A stretch of DNA of 64,000 nucleotides from Betaproteobacteria bacterium TMED22 (GCA_002167745.1 NHCB01000016.1:6623-70622), one strand, 5' to 3'. Counted from the stretch's first letter, positions 21,778 to 33,311 are shown. The notes: generated by a model from the letters alone, not told the origin. A program made the numbers and translations.

Positions 21778-22589
21778 AAACGACCGTTATCGTTACTACC
21801 TACAATCGTCCTGACGCTCTTAATTTTGTCGTTCGAGGATTCTTTTTGCAGAAAGATGTTGATTTTGATCTCGTAGTCGCTGATGACGGATCAGACAATC
21901 GCACGAGGGATATTGTTTCGCGACTTAAGTTAGAGGCCCCTTTTGAAATATCACATGTTTGGCATGAGGACCTTGGATTCAGGGCTGCGGCAATTCGTAA
22001 TAGGGCTGTAAAGGCTTCACAAGGTGAATATTTAATTTTCACAGATGGAGACTGTATCCCGCGAACAAACTTTGTGTTGAACCACAAAAAATTAGCCGAA
22101 AAGGGTTATTTTTTATCGGGTAATCGAGTGCTTTTAAGTCAGAAGCTTACGCGGGAGATATTGACGAATGCTTCTGACGTTAGCCGCTGGGATCGTTGGA
22201 CAATACTCAGGCATTACTGCGCTAGAGATATTAACCGCCTGCTCCCCTTACTCTCATCTACCTGGCTCATACCCTATAGAAAATCATCTCCTAAACGTTG
22301 GGAGGGCGTCAAGACATGCAATTTTTCGTCTTGGAGGTCTGATTTGTTTGAGGTCAATGGTTTTGAAGAACAGTACGAAGGTTGGGGGCTAGAAGACTCA
22401 GATTTGGCTGTGCGGCTTCTGAAAAATGGCGTGAAGCATAAAAATGCTAGGCAAGCTACGCCAACGTTGCACCTATGGCATCCAGAAAATGATAGAAGCG
22501 GTTTGGAACGAAATGGACAGAGGCTTAGGTCCATAATGAGTTCGAGCCGTATTGAGGCGAGTGTTGGCCTCAAGCAAATAGACTTTTAA
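21774..22589 (+). CDS. Glycosyltransferase family 2 with galactosyltransferase-like C-terminus
   Basis: 'TTYNRP', 'ADDGS', 'FTDGDC', 'NGFEE.YEGWGLEDSD', 'HLWH'. Confidence 0.88.
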   Translation: MKTTVIVTTYNRPDALNFVVRGFFLQKDVDFDLVVADDGSDNRTRDIVSRLKLEAPFEISHVWHEDLGFRAAAIRNRAVKASQGEYLIFTDGDCIPRTNFVLNHKKLAEKGYFLSGNRVLLSQKLTREILTNASDVSRWDRWTILRHYCARDINRLLPLLSSTWLIPYRKSSPKRWEGVKTCNFSSWRSDLFEVNGFEEQYEGWGLEDSDLAVRLLKNGVKHKNARQATPTLHLWHPENDRSGLERNGQRLRSIMSSSRIEASVGLKQIDF

Positions 22590-22621
22590 AGATATAAGGC
22601 GCTTTTTTTGGAGAAATTTGA

Positions 22622-23683
22622 TTGAAAATCCTAGTTATTTGCACTCGACGGGTAGGCGATGTTTTTTTGGCGACGTCCACGATCCATGCGCTAAGAACCC
22701 GTTACCCGAGCGCCCAACTGGATGCGTTGGTGTTTTGTGGTACCGAGTCTGGACTATTACGTAATACAGAATTAGATAATATAATTTCAATTGCGGAGCG
22801 ACCAGGACTAGCGGCACACCTCAGATTCATATGTCAATACTATCGGCGTTACGACGTCGCCATATCCTTATTACCAGGCGATAGACCAACTATATATTCC
22901 TGGTTATTGGGTAAAAAACGTTACGGGACTATTGTCAGTAGTAAGCAATCTGTGTGGAAGCGGTGGATGCTCCATAATTTGGTAGAGTTTGATGGATCTG
23001 GACGTCATACACTAGTGATGTACCACGATGTTGTAGCCAGTTTATTGGGTAAACACAAAATCGCGCCACAGATACCGGAACGTTTAATGGGGGGCCAAGA
23101 TCACTCTGAAGATTTCAACAGTTGGCCGTTTAATAATCGCTATGTGGTAATGCATTTAACTCCAAAGTTCCGTTATAAAGAGTGGCCAATTTCTCGTTGG
23201 AAAGAGTTAATTCAGACATGTGTCAAACATGACATAGGGGTCATACTATCTGGTCAATTTGATGAGCTAAATCATGAAATATTGAGCCAACTAAACTTTA
23301 ATGACGAAAGAGTGTTTAATTTGTTAAATCGGACTGAGATTGAAGACTTAGTTCGATTAATTTGTTCGGCGGGTTGTTATGTGGGAACAGATACTGCTGT
23401 GACGCATATGGCTGCAGCAACGGGTAGTCCTACCATAGCGATTTTTGGCCCCTCAAGCCCTTTGGTTTGGGGCCCATGGCCTGTAGGCCATCGTTGTGAC
23501 ATCACTCCTTGGTCGCAGTTGGGATCGCAGTCGGCGGGCAATGTAACGTTAATCCAGGGTTCTGGGATTTGCGTTCCTTGTCTTCAGGAGGGCTGTGGCC
23601 GACACGTGAACAGCGAGAGTGATTGTCTTCTTCAATTAGGATCAGAGCAAATTAAGAAAGCTATGCTCAGTAATTTTCAGTAA
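22622..23683 (+). CDS. GT9 LPS heptosyltransferase (III-like)
   Basis: 'RRVGDVFL', 'YKEWP', '[10 protein letters not shown]', 'FGPS', 'CVPC..EGC'. Confidence 0.87.
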   Translation: MKILVICTRRVGDVFLATSTIHALRTRYPSAQLDALVFCGTESGLLRNTELDNIISIAERPGLAAHLRFICQYYRRYDVAISLLPGDRPTIYSWLLGKKRYGTIVSSKQSVWKRWMLHNLVEFDGSGRHTLVMYHDVVASLLGKHKIAPQIPERLMGGQDHSEDFNSWPFNNRYVVMHLTPKFRYKEWPISRWKELIQTCVKHDIGVILSGQFDELNHEILSQLNFNDERVFNLLNRTEIEDLVRLICSAGCYVGTDTAVTHMAAATGSPTIAIFGPSSPLVWGPWPVGHRCDITPWSQLGSQSAGNVTLIQGSGICVPCLQEGCGRHVNSESDCLLQLGSEQIKKAMLSNFQ

Positions 23684-24611
23684 GACTTGTTCCAGCTTGT
23701 TCATCCGCGTGATAAGAAGACCGAACTAATGGACCTGATGCCACATGTTTAAATCCAATAGACAGTCCTATTGTTTCGAATTGTCGAAATTGATCGGGAT
23801 GGACGTAGCGATGCACTGGTAGGTGACCTTTTGTAGGTTGTAAATATTGTCCGACCGTTACCATATCTATTTCATGTTTCTTTAAGTCGTGCATGACCTC
23901 TATAATTTCTGAATCGGTTTCACCTAGCCCTACCATTACGCCAGATTTGGTAATCACCTGAGGGTTAATTTTTTTAAATTTATGGAGTAGGTCTAAAGAA
24001 TGTTGGTAGTCTGCTCCAGGCCTCGCTTGTTTATACAAGCGAGGGACTGTTTCTAAGTTATGATTCATTACATCTGGAAGTTGCGAACTTAATAATTCAA
24101 TAGCATTATCAAGTCTGCCCCTAAAATCCGGAGTAAGAATTTCGACTTTGATATTTGGTGAGGCTGAGCGTATAGCTTTTATACATTCAGCGAAGTGAGT
24201 GGCGCCGCCATCCCTAAGGTCATCTCGATCAACACTCGTAATGACAACATACTTGAGATCCATGTCTCTTATAGTGCTCGCAAGTCTCTCAGGCTCAGCT
24301 TCATCAACACCGTTGGGTCGGCCGTGTGCTACATCGCAGAAGGGGCATCGGCGCGTACATAGATCACCAAGAATCATGAATGTGGCCGTCCCTTTAGAGA
24401 AACACTCACCAATATTCGGACATGTGGCTTCTTCGCAAACAGTATGCAGCGAGCTTTTACGCAGTTTCGCTTTAACATCTTGAAATTTCGGACTCGTATG
24501 TAGTTTTATACGTATCCAATCAGGCTTTTTAATCGGCTCGGCGGACTTTATTTTGACAGGATTTTTGGCGGTTTTTTCTACCCCGGTTTCCCTAATGATC
24601 TTAGTGTTCAT
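23667..24611 (-). CDS. lipA: Lipoyl synthase
   Basis: '[12 protein letters not shown]', 'CTRRCPFC', 'RSSYHA'. Confidence 0.98.
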   Translation of the reverse strand: MNTKIIRETGVEKTAKNPVKIKSAEPIKKPDWIRIKLHTSPKFQDVKAKLRKSSLHTVCEEATCPNIGECFSKGTATFMILGDLCTRRCPFCDVAHGRPNGVDEAEPERLASTIRDMDLKYVVITSVDRDDLRDGGATHFAECIKAIRSASPNIKVEILTPDFRGRLDNAIELLSSQLPDVMNHNLETVPRLYKQARPGADYQHSLDLLHKFKKINPQVITKSGVMVGLGETDSEIIEVMHDLKKHEIDMVTVGQYLQPTKGHLPVHRYVHPDQFRQFETIGLSIGFKHVASGPLVRSSYHADEQAGTSLTENY

Positions 24612-24629
24612 AATATTTTCTCAATAAAA

Positions 24630-25235
24630 CTAGTCGTTAAAGGACAATAAAAATTGATTGGCCCACAATTGACTCACTTCTTCAATAGAAAGATTTACAT
24701 TCAATTCTTTGAGTTGCGTCACCATCAAATCGTTATATCCGCATGGGTTGATGTTGTCAAAGGGCTTCAGATCCATATTAACGTTTAGAGCCACTCCATG
24801 ATAAGAGTATCCATTTCTAATTTTGAGCCCTAATGAAGCTATCTTTTTACCTTTGACATACACCCCCGGTCTGGCCTCATCTCCGCATGCCATAACATCC
24901 AAGGATGATAACAAGTTAATAGTTGTCTGCTCTAGTAATCTGACCGCTTTTCTAACAGTTAAATTTAATCTTTTTAAGTCGAGTAACGTATATGCGATGA
25001 GTTGACCGGGTCCATGGTAGGTTATTTGCCCACCGCGGTCAGATTGAATTACCGGTATTTGATGATCGTGATTAAGAATATGTTCTGCTTTTGCCTTTAG
25101 TCCCAGAGTGTATGTGGGAGGATGTTCCATCAGCCATACTTCATCTTCAGTCAGTTTTGAGCGGTCAAGAGTGAATCTTCTCATCTTTTCGAGTGATTCA
25201 TCGTAAGCCGATAAACCAAGCGTTTTAATGATCAA
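24630..25235 (-). CDS. lipB: Octanoyltransferase
   Basis: 'EHPPTYTLG', 'DRGGQITYHGPGQ', 'KIASLG', 'INPCG'. Confidence 0.96.
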   Translation of the reverse strand: MIIKTLGLSAYDESLEKMRRFTLDRSKLTEDEVWLMEHPPTYTLGLKAKAEHILNHDHQIPVIQSDRGGQITYHGPGQLIAYTLLDLKRLNLTVRKAVRLLEQTTINLLSSLDVMACGDEARPGVYVKGKKIASLGLKIRNGYSYHGVALNVNMDLKPFDNINPCGYNDLMVTQLKELNVNLSIEEVSQLWANQFLLSFND

Positions 25236-25274
25236 AATGTGAGCCTTTCGGTCTTCTGTTAATTTTAACCATTG

Positions 25275-25553
25275 TTATATAACGATTGATACCAGCGGAC
25301 TGGCCTTAAGCGCCCTATAAATTTCCTCAAGATGCTCGCGAGATTTAGCCGAAAAGGTACAGGTCAAGCTTGTATATTTTTTTGTTTTACTCTCGCTTGC
25401 AATCACCTTATGGTTATCCACATCGGGGGCATACTCCCTGAGTATCTCCAGGACTAGTTTTTCATAGCTGGGTGTAGATGTTCCAATGACTTTAATGGGA
25501 AACAGGATTGGATACTCAATGCCGTTAGTTCTCTGACCGCTTAATGTGTCCAT
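25275..25553 (-). CDS. YbeD/DUF493 family protein
   Basis: 'IEYPILFPIKVIG', 'SKTKKYTSLT', 'IYRAL'; sits between dacA and lipB. Confidence 0.88.
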   Translation of the reverse strand: MDTLSGQRTNGIEYPILFPIKVIGTSTPSYEKLVLEILREYAPDVDNHKVIASESKTKKYTSLTCTFSAKSREHLEEIYRALKASPLVSIVI

Positions 25554-25582
25554 CTCAATTTTTTAAAAGTCCTATTAAGAGC

Positions 25583-26737
25583 CTAGTTATTTTTCATGAA
25601 TTCTAGTAAATGTAATGTTAATGATTTTAACCTCTTCCACCCTCGGACCATCACGCCCGCCCGTCGTATACGTTTTAAAGCAACTAATTCTGAAGTTTGG
25701 ATCGTGTCTGTTTTTAGTTTCACTGTAAGTTTTGCAACAACATCCCCATATTTAATTGGAGCTATGAGCGGTTGTACGCTTTCAATGACAACTTCAATTT
25801 CATTTTTTCTTTCCCTTGGGATGGTTACGGATATTTTGTCCGTGGACCCGATATCAAGGACCTCGTTCACTCCATGGCCGACAGTAAGTTGAGCGATGGG
25901 CGTGTTCGGCTCTGCTATGTGAACAGTTGTAAATTTTTTAAAGGCTTGATTTAGAAGGTCTTGTGCTTTTGAAGCAAACTGTCCTTTAGAGCTGTTGTCG
26001 GCTATGACTAAAAGTACTCGTCTACCATCTCTAACACTCGAAATGATTCCAATAGTCCCTCCTGAGGCAGATCTGCTTACCATGAGCCCGTCATTGTATG
26101 AGTCTCTTCCCAATAAGCTGTTCGAACTATATTGAGTAATACCTTGCCATTCGTGTTGGTTTAACTTGAAGAGAGCGTAGCTTGGTGCGTGATCTAAGAT
26201 TATCGAGGCTGCAAGTTGATATAGATCTGATGCAGATGTGGGGCTCATGTTAGGAGATTCCCCTATTGCATCGGTAAATCTCAATTGTGATAATCCTAAA
26301 ACTTTTGCTTTTTGATTCATGGCGACAATGAATTGTGCCTCCGTTCCTGCAATTTCTTCAACGAGCGCTAAGGCCGCATCATTTGCCCCATAAATAACGA
26401 CTCCTTTAAGGAGATCCTCGATCTTTACGCTATCTCCTTCATTCAGAAACATACGAACGCCTCGAGTTGTGGCTGCCGTGCGTGAAACTTTTATTTTACC
26501 TTGAGCGTTGAGTATCCCGTTTTTTACTGCGTCGAAAATAAGGTAGAGCGTCATTAGCTTGGTTAGAGACGTCGAATTGATATCTCTTGAAGGATTTTTC
26601 TCCGAGATGATTAGTCCGGTCGAAAGGTCCCCGAGGAGATAAATTGAGGCGTTAGACTCTATGAGATTGAATGCCTTTGGAGAGGCAATAACTGGTGCAA
26701 GTAAGCACATTAAAAATAAAAAAAATCTACTAGTCAT
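25583..26737 (-). CDS. DacA/PBP5 (S11) homolog with degenerate active site
   Basis: 'SLTKLMT', 'RMFL' and the PBP5 C-terminal 'APIKYGD' are present; SxN reads GAN and KTG reads MVS. Confidence 0.85.
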   Translation of the reverse strand: MTSRFFLFLMCLLAPVIASPKAFNLIESNASIYLLGDLSTGLIISEKNPSRDINSTSLTKLMTLYLIFDAVKNGILNAQGKIKVSRTAATTRGVRMFLNEGDSVKIEDLLKGVVIYGANDAALALVEEIAGTEAQFIVAMNQKAKVLGLSQLRFTDAIGESPNMSPTSASDLYQLAASIILDHAPSYALFKLNQHEWQGITQYSSNSLLGRDSYNDGLMVSRSASGGTIGIISSVRDGRRVLLVIADNSSKGQFASKAQDLLNQAFKKFTTVHIAEPNTPIAQLTVGHGVNEVLDIGSTDKISVTIPRERKNEIEVVIESVQPLIAPIKYGDVVAKLTVKLKTDTIQTSELVALKRIRRAGVMVRGWKRLKSLTLHLLEFMKNN

Positions 26738-26841
26738 TGATGATTATTATGCTCTGAATGGACGTATTATTTTAACGGGGTAGTTGAACTTACAGTTAGC
26801 GCTAACTTTAAAAGCGCTAAGTCGGTTAAAATTAGGCTTAA

Positions 26842-27750
<909 letters not shown>

Positions 27751-27751
27751 T

Positions 27752-28408
27752 GTGAAATTCTTGGCTGATGCTTGCTTCGCAATACAAAACGCTACAGTAA
27801 AGCCGGCGGCGTGGATTTTTGATTTTGATAATACTTTGTTTGAATCGGGACGAGAAATTTTCCCGATTATTAATGAAAAAATGACCCAGTATATTGAGCA
27901 ACACTTACGTGTTGATCGATATGAAGCCAATCGTCTTCGTAAACTTTATTGGGATCAGTATGGAGCAACAATGACAGGACTTGTTCGCCATCATGACATA
28001 GATGCAGTTGATTTTTTAGACAAGACCCATGACATTGGCGACCTGAGCGAGTTTATTCACCGATCCTCTAGACTTAGGCATCTACTAAGAGTCATATCGG
28101 GTAAAAAAATTATATTTTCCAATTCTCCAGCGGCATATCTTAAAGAAATGTTAAGGCTCTTAAGAATCGGGCGCTATATAACGGATGCGTTTTCTATAGA
28201 GTCTACTCATATGAACCCCAAGCCGTCTGCGATCGGTTTTCGTAAGCTACTTAGGACGCACAAGCTGAAAGCCTCGCAATGCGTGATGGTAGAAGATTCG
28301 CTGGTTAATCTTACAACCGCAAAAAGATTAGGAATGAAGACGATTTGGGTAGCACGTAACTCGAAACGTATGTGTTGGTTGGATGCTCGAGTTACTCATC
28401 TTTACTAG
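27752..28408 (+). CDS. Pyrimidine 5'-nucleotidase (HAD)
   Basis: 'FDFDNTL', 'YGAT', 'PKP', 'VEDS..NL..AK.LGM.T'; start uncertain. Confidence 0.88.
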   Translation: MKFLADACFAIQNATVKPAAWIFDFDNTLFESGREIFPIINEKMTQYIEQHLRVDRYEANRLRKLYWDQYGATMTGLVRHHDIDAVDFLDKTHDIGDLSEFIHRSSRLRHLLRVISGKKIIFSNSPAAYLKEMLRLLRIGRYITDAFSIESTHMNPKPSAIGFRKLLRTHKLKASQCVMVEDSLVNLTTAKRLGMKTIWVARNSKRMCWLDARVTHLY

Positions 28409-28457
28409 GAGTTGAGTGTTCCAAAATGATTAGGAGTTTGGGAAAATTACATTGGGT

Positions 28458-28490
28458 GTATATTGCTGGTATATTGCTGGTATATTGGTG
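28458..28490. repeat. Three tandem 11-bp repeats upstream of slmA
   Basis: GTATATTGCTG, GTATATTGCTG, GTATATTGGTG. Confidence 0.85.
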
Positions 28491-28538
28491 ATCTGTATTC
28501 GCTTAAAAATTTAGTCAATAGATTATTGTCCTTAACTA

Positions 28539-29117
28539 ATGCCCAGAGTCGCCGATAGAAAACTGCAAATACTCCAGCAATTAGCGCAAATGCTGGAAGA
28601 CCCTAACTGCAAAAAGGTGACTACAGCGTTGCTTGCAGCGCGGCTCGAGGTTTCCGAGGCCGCTTTGTATCGTCACTTTGCAAGTAAGGCTCAGATGTAT
28701 GAGGGATTAATCGAGTTTATTGAACAAACAATTTTTAGGTTGATCAATAAAATATCCGAATCCGAAGAAAGTGGATTGAAGCAAGTCTCCGCTATGGTTA
28801 ATGTGCTACTAAACTTTGCTAAAAAAAATCCCGGTATGACAAGAGTGTTAATTGGCGATGCTCTTGTTCATGAAAATGATCGATTGCAGGATCGGATTAA
28901 TCGTTTGCACGATAGGCTGGAATCTTCTATGAGGCAGTCATTGAGATTTGCCATTAATCACGGCGAAATGAACTCGGCGCTCGAAATCGACCCGAAGGGT
29001 AATCAGCTAATGGCTTATGTAATCGGTCGTTGGCATCAGTTTGCCAAGAGCCGGTTCACCAAGGATCCTACTGCGTACAGTGAAGTTCAAATGAGGATGT
29101 TGTTAGCTGATGTTTGA
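28539..29117 (+). CDS. slmA: Nucleoid occlusion factor SlmA
   Basis: 'TTALLAARLEVSEAALYRHFASKAQMYEGLIEFIE', 'NPGMTR'. Confidence 0.95.
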   Translation: MPRVADRKLQILQQLAQMLEDPNCKKVTTALLAARLEVSEAALYRHFASKAQMYEGLIEFIEQTIFRLINKISESEESGLKQVSAMVNVLLNFAKKNPGMTRVLIGDALVHENDRLQDRINRLHDRLESSMRQSLRFAINHGEMNSALEIDPKGNQLMAYVIGRWHQFAKSRFTKDPTAYSEVQMRMLLADV

Positions 29118-29141
29118 TCGAGTTATGCGATTGGGTTTGTT

Positions 29142-29897
29142 TCAATGAGATGAGGTGCTGCAGACTGCGCACTTTGGGTCTTTGTTTAATTTGATTGAGC
29201 GCCACTCCATTTCTAGTGCATCAAAGAGCATTAGCCTCCCCACCGCAGGCCTACCAATATTACTTATTAGTTTTAGCGCTTCTGAAGCTTGGGCAGTACC
29301 TATGATTCCCACTAACGGCGCGAAAACGCCCATTACTGCACATCGAGTCTCCTCGAACTTGTTTTCTTCCGGAAACAAGCACTGGTAACAGGGGCTTTTA
29401 GGGTTTCTCGCATCAAAAACTGATAGTTGGCCATCAAATCTTATTGCTGCACCTGAGACAAGCGGTCTTTTGAGTTCGAAACATGCTTTATTAACCGCAT
29501 GACGCGTTTCAAAATTATCGGAACAATCCAGCACGATGGATGATTCGGATACTAGAGTTTTGAGTTGTTTTCCTTCCGCTCTGCGTTTAATAATTTTGAT
29601 TTTAACGTGCGGATTAATTGCTTCGATTGACTGCCGTGCCGAGTCCACTTTTAGTGATCCAACGGAGTCTGTCGTGTGAATGATCTGACGTTGCAGATTG
29701 GTTAGATCAACTGTGTCTCCATCGCAAATCGTAATTGAGCCAACTCCACTGGCGGCCAAAAAAAGCGCCGCTGGAGATCCTAAGCCTCCGGCGCCGATTA
29801 TTAGAATATTACTTTTTTGGATCGCCTCTTGTCCCTCGACCCCGACTTCAGGTAAGAGAATATGTCGACTATATCTTAGGAGTTCATCATCATTCAT
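29142..29897 (-). CDS. moeB: MoeB/ThiF family adenylyltransferase
   Basis: 'RYSRHILL', 'GAGGLG', 'NLQRQ', 'CYQC', C-terminal 'CAVC'. Confidence 0.88.
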   Translation of the reverse strand: MNDDELLRYSRHILLPEVGVEGQEAIQKSNILIIGAGGLGSPAALFLAASGVGSITICDGDTVDLTNLQRQIIHTTDSVGSLKVDSARQSIEAINPHVKIKIIKRRAEGKQLKTLVSESSIVLDCSDNFETRHAVNKACFELKRPLVSGAAIRFDGQLSVFDARNPKSPCYQCLFPEENKFEETRCAVMGVFAPLVGIIGTAQASEALKLISNIGRPAVGRLMLFDALEMEWRSIKLNKDPKCAVCSTSSH

Positions 29898-29976
29898 AGT
29901 GTGGCTTCACACATTCTCAGCTGCCCCTCTACCCTATTGTTCTCGACAGGATGGAGGGGATTCTGCGGATTCTAGA

Positions 29977-31335
29977 TCAACGGCTCGATAAAATTTGTAG
30001 CCCCTTCAATAGATTTAACGCCTGGCTCAGCTGATAGTCTGCAGTTTCACCAGAAGATGCAGTCGCTTCATCAATGGGTTCTGACTCTTGCGCCTCACTT
30101 TCACCACCGCCCTGAGGGTTATCTAATCTGTTCTTTAAGTCAGCTTCCTTACGCATCATAGGAGAGGTTGCTTTAGTTTCTACCGTAGCGTCTTCAACGA
30201 TGATGTCTGGAGTGATTCCTTTCGCTTGGATCGACTGTCCACTCGGCGTGAAATATCGAGCTGTTGTTAATTTGATAGCCGTTCCATTCCCAAGAGGCAA
30301 AATCGTTTGTACTGAGCCTTTACCAAAAGTTTGAGTGCCCATGATCACCGCGCGCCTGTGGTCTTGCAGAGCCCCGGCTACAATTTCCGACGCAGAAGCC
30401 GAGCCTCCATTAACTAACACGACCATTGGAACAGTTTTCGCTGCTTCTGGAACATTCGCTAAGTAATCACCTTTGGTCCCTCGGGCGTAGAATTCAGGAC
30501 GTGCATACATGCGCATTCTCGCATCATTGGTTCGACCTTCCGTGTACACGACAAGTTTATCTTTTTGCAGAAACGCCGCTGAAACTCCAATTGAAGAAGT
30601 TAACAAACCACCAGGGTCGTTTCTTAAATCTAGAATCATGCCTTTCATAGGCCCTTCATTCTCAGCGAAAAGTTTCTCTATTGCCTGGCCCAATTTTTCA
30701 CCAGTATGCTCCTGGAACTGTGTCACCCTGAAGTAAGCGTAATCATCTTCCAGCATCCGATACTTAACACTTTGGATTTGAATGATATCGCGGGTAACTG
30801 TTATGGTCTGAGGCTGAGGTTCACCTTTGCGAACTATTGTAAGAACAATGTCTGTCCCAGGCTTACCTCGCATCAGTTTTACCGCATCATTAAGAGTCAT
30901 TCCTTTTACGTTGGATTCATCAAGCTTGATGATTAAATCACCCGATTTTAAACCTGCATTCCAGGCTGGCGTGTCCTCAATAGGAGCTACGACCTTGACG
31001 AACCCGTCTTCCATACTGACTTCGATGCCAAGCCCCCCAAATTCACCTTGCGTTCCAACCTTCATCTCCGTGAAGGCCTCTTCATTTAAGTAAGCCGAAT
31101 GTGGATCAAGGCCTGAAAGCATGCCGTTAATGGCTTCTTCAATGAGCTCCTTGTCGTCCACTGCTTCCACGTAATCATTTTTCACTCTGCCGTAAACTTC
31201 CGTGAACGACCTTAGCTCGTCTATCGGCAGAGGTGCGGCACTGCGGTCTGCAATAGCAGACATCTGCAGGCTGATTAAAACTCCGCCGACAAGGCCGAGC
31301 GATACCAAACCTGCTTTACTTAATTTGCTTCTCAT
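29977..31335 (-). CDS. ctpA: Carboxyl-terminal processing protease (S41)
   Basis: 'LDPHS', PDZ 'GGLGI', 'DLRNDPGG', 'SASASEIVAGALQD', 'TFGKGSVQ'. Confidence 0.94.
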   Translation of the reverse strand: MRSKLSKAGLVSLGLVGGVLISLQMSAIADRSAAPLPIDELRSFTEVYGRVKNDYVEAVDDKELIEEAINGMLSGLDPHSAYLNEEAFTEMKVGTQGEFGGLGIEVSMEDGFVKVVAPIEDTPAWNAGLKSGDLIIKLDESNVKGMTLNDAVKLMRGKPGTDIVLTIVRKGEPQPQTITVTRDIIQIQSVKYRMLEDDYAYFRVTQFQEHTGEKLGQAIEKLFAENEGPMKGMILDLRNDPGGLLTSSIGVSAAFLQKDKLVVYTEGRTNDARMRMYARPEFYARGTKGDYLANVPEAAKTVPMVVLVNGGSASASEIVAGALQDHRRAVIMGTQTFGKGSVQTILPLGNGTAIKLTTARYFTPSGQSIQAKGITPDIIVEDATVETKATSPMMRKEADLKNRLDNPQGGGESEAQESEPIDEATASSGETADYQLSQALNLLKGLQILSSR

Positions 31336-31404
31336 ATAGGACCCCTTAAAATACCTGTCGCGTTTGAGTTTATCGAACGTTTCTCTTCAGTCTGACGTTT
31401 TGTT

Positions 31405-32559
31405 CTAATTCGTAATGGTAACCCATTCCAGTGGGTTTAGAGGTTTGCTATTTCGCCTAACCTCGAAATACACGCCAGGTCCTTTGTGACCTCCACTGTT
31501 ACCAACAGTTCCCAGTTGATCACCGGCGTTTAGTTGATCGCCTTCACGCACCCATATTGACTCGTTGTTGCCGTAGAGACTGTAAAAGCCTTTCCCATGA
31601 TCAACAATCACTAAATTGCCAAAGCCGCGTAACCAGTCTGAATACACTACCGCGCCTCCGGCAATTGATTTCACGCTATTACCTTGTTTAGATGAAATAA
31701 AAACTCCTTCCCACGCAACTTCGCTGCCAGCCCGCTTTTGACCAAATTTCGCTGTCACAGTCCCAAGCGCAGGTAACCTGAGTTTTCCTTTTAGCGTTCT
31801 AAATGGCTTTCCGTCTGAACTTGCGTCAGGTAACTCATTGTTTTTTATATTTTCTTCTTTTATTCTTTGCAGTTCAGCAAATAAGTTCGTTAACCGTTTC
31901 TTATTTTCCTTGATTTTGGTCTCACTGCGTTTGATTCGGGATCTGGTCGCGTTTATTTCTAAGGATGTTTTTTGTTTTTTTCGCTCTGCCACACTTTTTT
32001 GCTTGCTAGTGTCTTTTTTGACTTTTCGAAGTTTTTTCCTCACGTCCAGTTTTTTACCTTGAAGAGCTTCTATTTCTTTGATTTTTTTATTGAAATTTTT
32101 AATGGCTGTTGAACGTTGAAGTGCTATTTTTTTGAGATAAACAGAAGACACTTCGCTGTCTATTCGTTCTTCTTGGATGGATCGAGTATCGGGTGAATAA
32201 CCAAGGATATAAGTTTGTTTAATAAGTTTAGATAGGCGCACTTTTTCACCAGAGACCTCAGATCTAAGTTTTTTTTCTGTTTTTTCTAATGCTCTTAGCT
32301 CATTAAGAAGTTTTCTTTCTTTCTTTGATAATTTATTGAGATCTCTTTCTAGCAGGTCAATTTCTTTTTTTGTTTTACTCAGCTCACGCTTAGCTTTTTT
32401 TTGCTTAACTTGCTGCTCTTTGATTTTTTTCTTTTCTTTCGTGATCTTTTGATCGATTGCTTTCAATTCTTCTTGGAGATCGTCGGCTACAACAGCCGTA
32501 AATTGTAGGCAGAAAATTAGGATAGCTATAGAAATCCCTGCGGTCTTGGCAACGTCCAT
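31405..32559 (-). CDS. envC: Murein hydrolase activator EnvC
   Basis: Signal peptide, Lys-rich coiled coil, degenerate M23 domain ('WLRGFGNLVIVDHG', 'YFEVR'). Confidence 0.88.
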   Translation of the reverse strand: MDVAKTAGISIAILIFCLQFTAVVADDLQEELKAIDQKITKEKKKIKEQQVKQKKAKRELSKTKKEIDLLERDLNKLSKKERKLLNELRALEKTEKKLRSEVSGEKVRLSKLIKQTYILGYSPDTRSIQEERIDSEVSSVYLKKIALQRSTAIKNFNKKIKEIEALQGKKLDVRKKLRKVKKDTSKQKSVAERKKQKTSLEINATRSRIKRSETKIKENKKRLTNLFAELQRIKEENIKNNELPDASSDGKPFRTLKGKLRLPALGTVTAKFGQKRAGSEVAWEGVFISSKQGNSVKSIAGGAVVYSDWLRGFGNLVIVDHGKGFYSLYGNNESIWVREGDQLNAGDQLGTVGNSGGHKGPGVYFEVRRNSKPLNPLEWVTITN

Positions 32560-32567
32560 TCTGGCTT

Positions 32568-33311
32568 CTATCCTTTAGTCTGAGCAGCTACCGCAGCGGC
32601 CGCGGACTCTGCTTTTGACTCGTCTCCGAGATAATACTTTTTTAGTGGTTGGAGATTATCACTAAGCTCATAAACCAATGGGATTCCTGTTGGAACGTTT
32701 AACGTCACGATATCTGCTTCGCTAACTTGATCGAGATGTTTGATTAATGCTCGCAGGGTATTTCCATGAGCCACGATCAATAGTCTGTCACCTTTCAAGA
32801 TGAGAGGGGCGATAGATCCTTCCCAAAATGGAATAAACCTTTCAACAGTATCCTTCAAACATTCGTTAAGCGGTAGATTTTCAGCTGGCACCGAATGATA
32901 TTTACTTTCCAAGTTTGGGTTCATCCCTGAACTTGGCTCCAGCTGAGGAGGTGGTACGTCATAGCTTCGTCGCCATATGAGCACCTGATCGTCGCCATAT
33001 TTTTTTGCTGTTTCGGATTTATCTAACCCTTGTAGCGCACCATAGTGACGTTCATTTAAGCGCCAAGTTAGGGTTTGTGGGATCCAGAGCTGATCCAATT
33101 CCTCAAGTGTTAACCACATTGTACGAATAGCCCGCTTTAAAACTGACCCAAAAGCCCGATCGAATTCAAATCCGGCGCTTTTTAATAACGCTCCTGCCTC
33201 TTTAGCTTCTTGGATACCCCTCTCGCTGAGATCTACGTCTATCCAACCGGTAAATTTGTTCTGTTGATTCCAAACGCTCTCACCATGACGCAGGAGTACT
33301 AATTTTTTCAT
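32568..33311 (-). CDS. gpmA: 2,3-BPG-dependent phosphoglycerate mutase
   Basis: 'LLRHGES', '[11 protein letters not shown]', 'WRRSYD', 'AHGN'. Confidence 0.97.
   Translation of the reverse strand: MKKLVLLRHGESVWNQQNKFTGWIDVDLSERGIQEAKEAGALLKSAGFEFDRAFGSVLKRAIRTMWLTLEELDQLWIPQTLTWRLNERHYGALQGLDKSETAKKYGDDQVLIWRRSYDVPPPQLEPSSGMNPNLESKYHSVPAENLPLNECLKDTVERFIPFWEGSIAPLILKGDRLLIVAHGNTLRALIKHLDQVSEADIVTLNVPTGIPLVYELSDNLQPLKKYYLGDESKAESAAAAVAAQTKG

Noticed and set aside
28458-28490. Tandem repeat as a CRISPR array or iteron origin
   Set aside because: Units are only 11 bp with no spacers, and there is no cas or rep gene
29898-29976. GGGG...CTGAGA and a hairpin upstream of moeB/thiF suggesting a TPP or Moco riboswitch
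   Set aside because: The rest of the aptamer (CCTGAT etc.) is missing and there is no room before the start; only an imperfect CCCCTC/GAGGGG stem is present
31800-32460. Extreme T-richness and low complexity
   Set aside because: Explained by the Lys/Glu-rich coiled coil of EnvC on the minus strand
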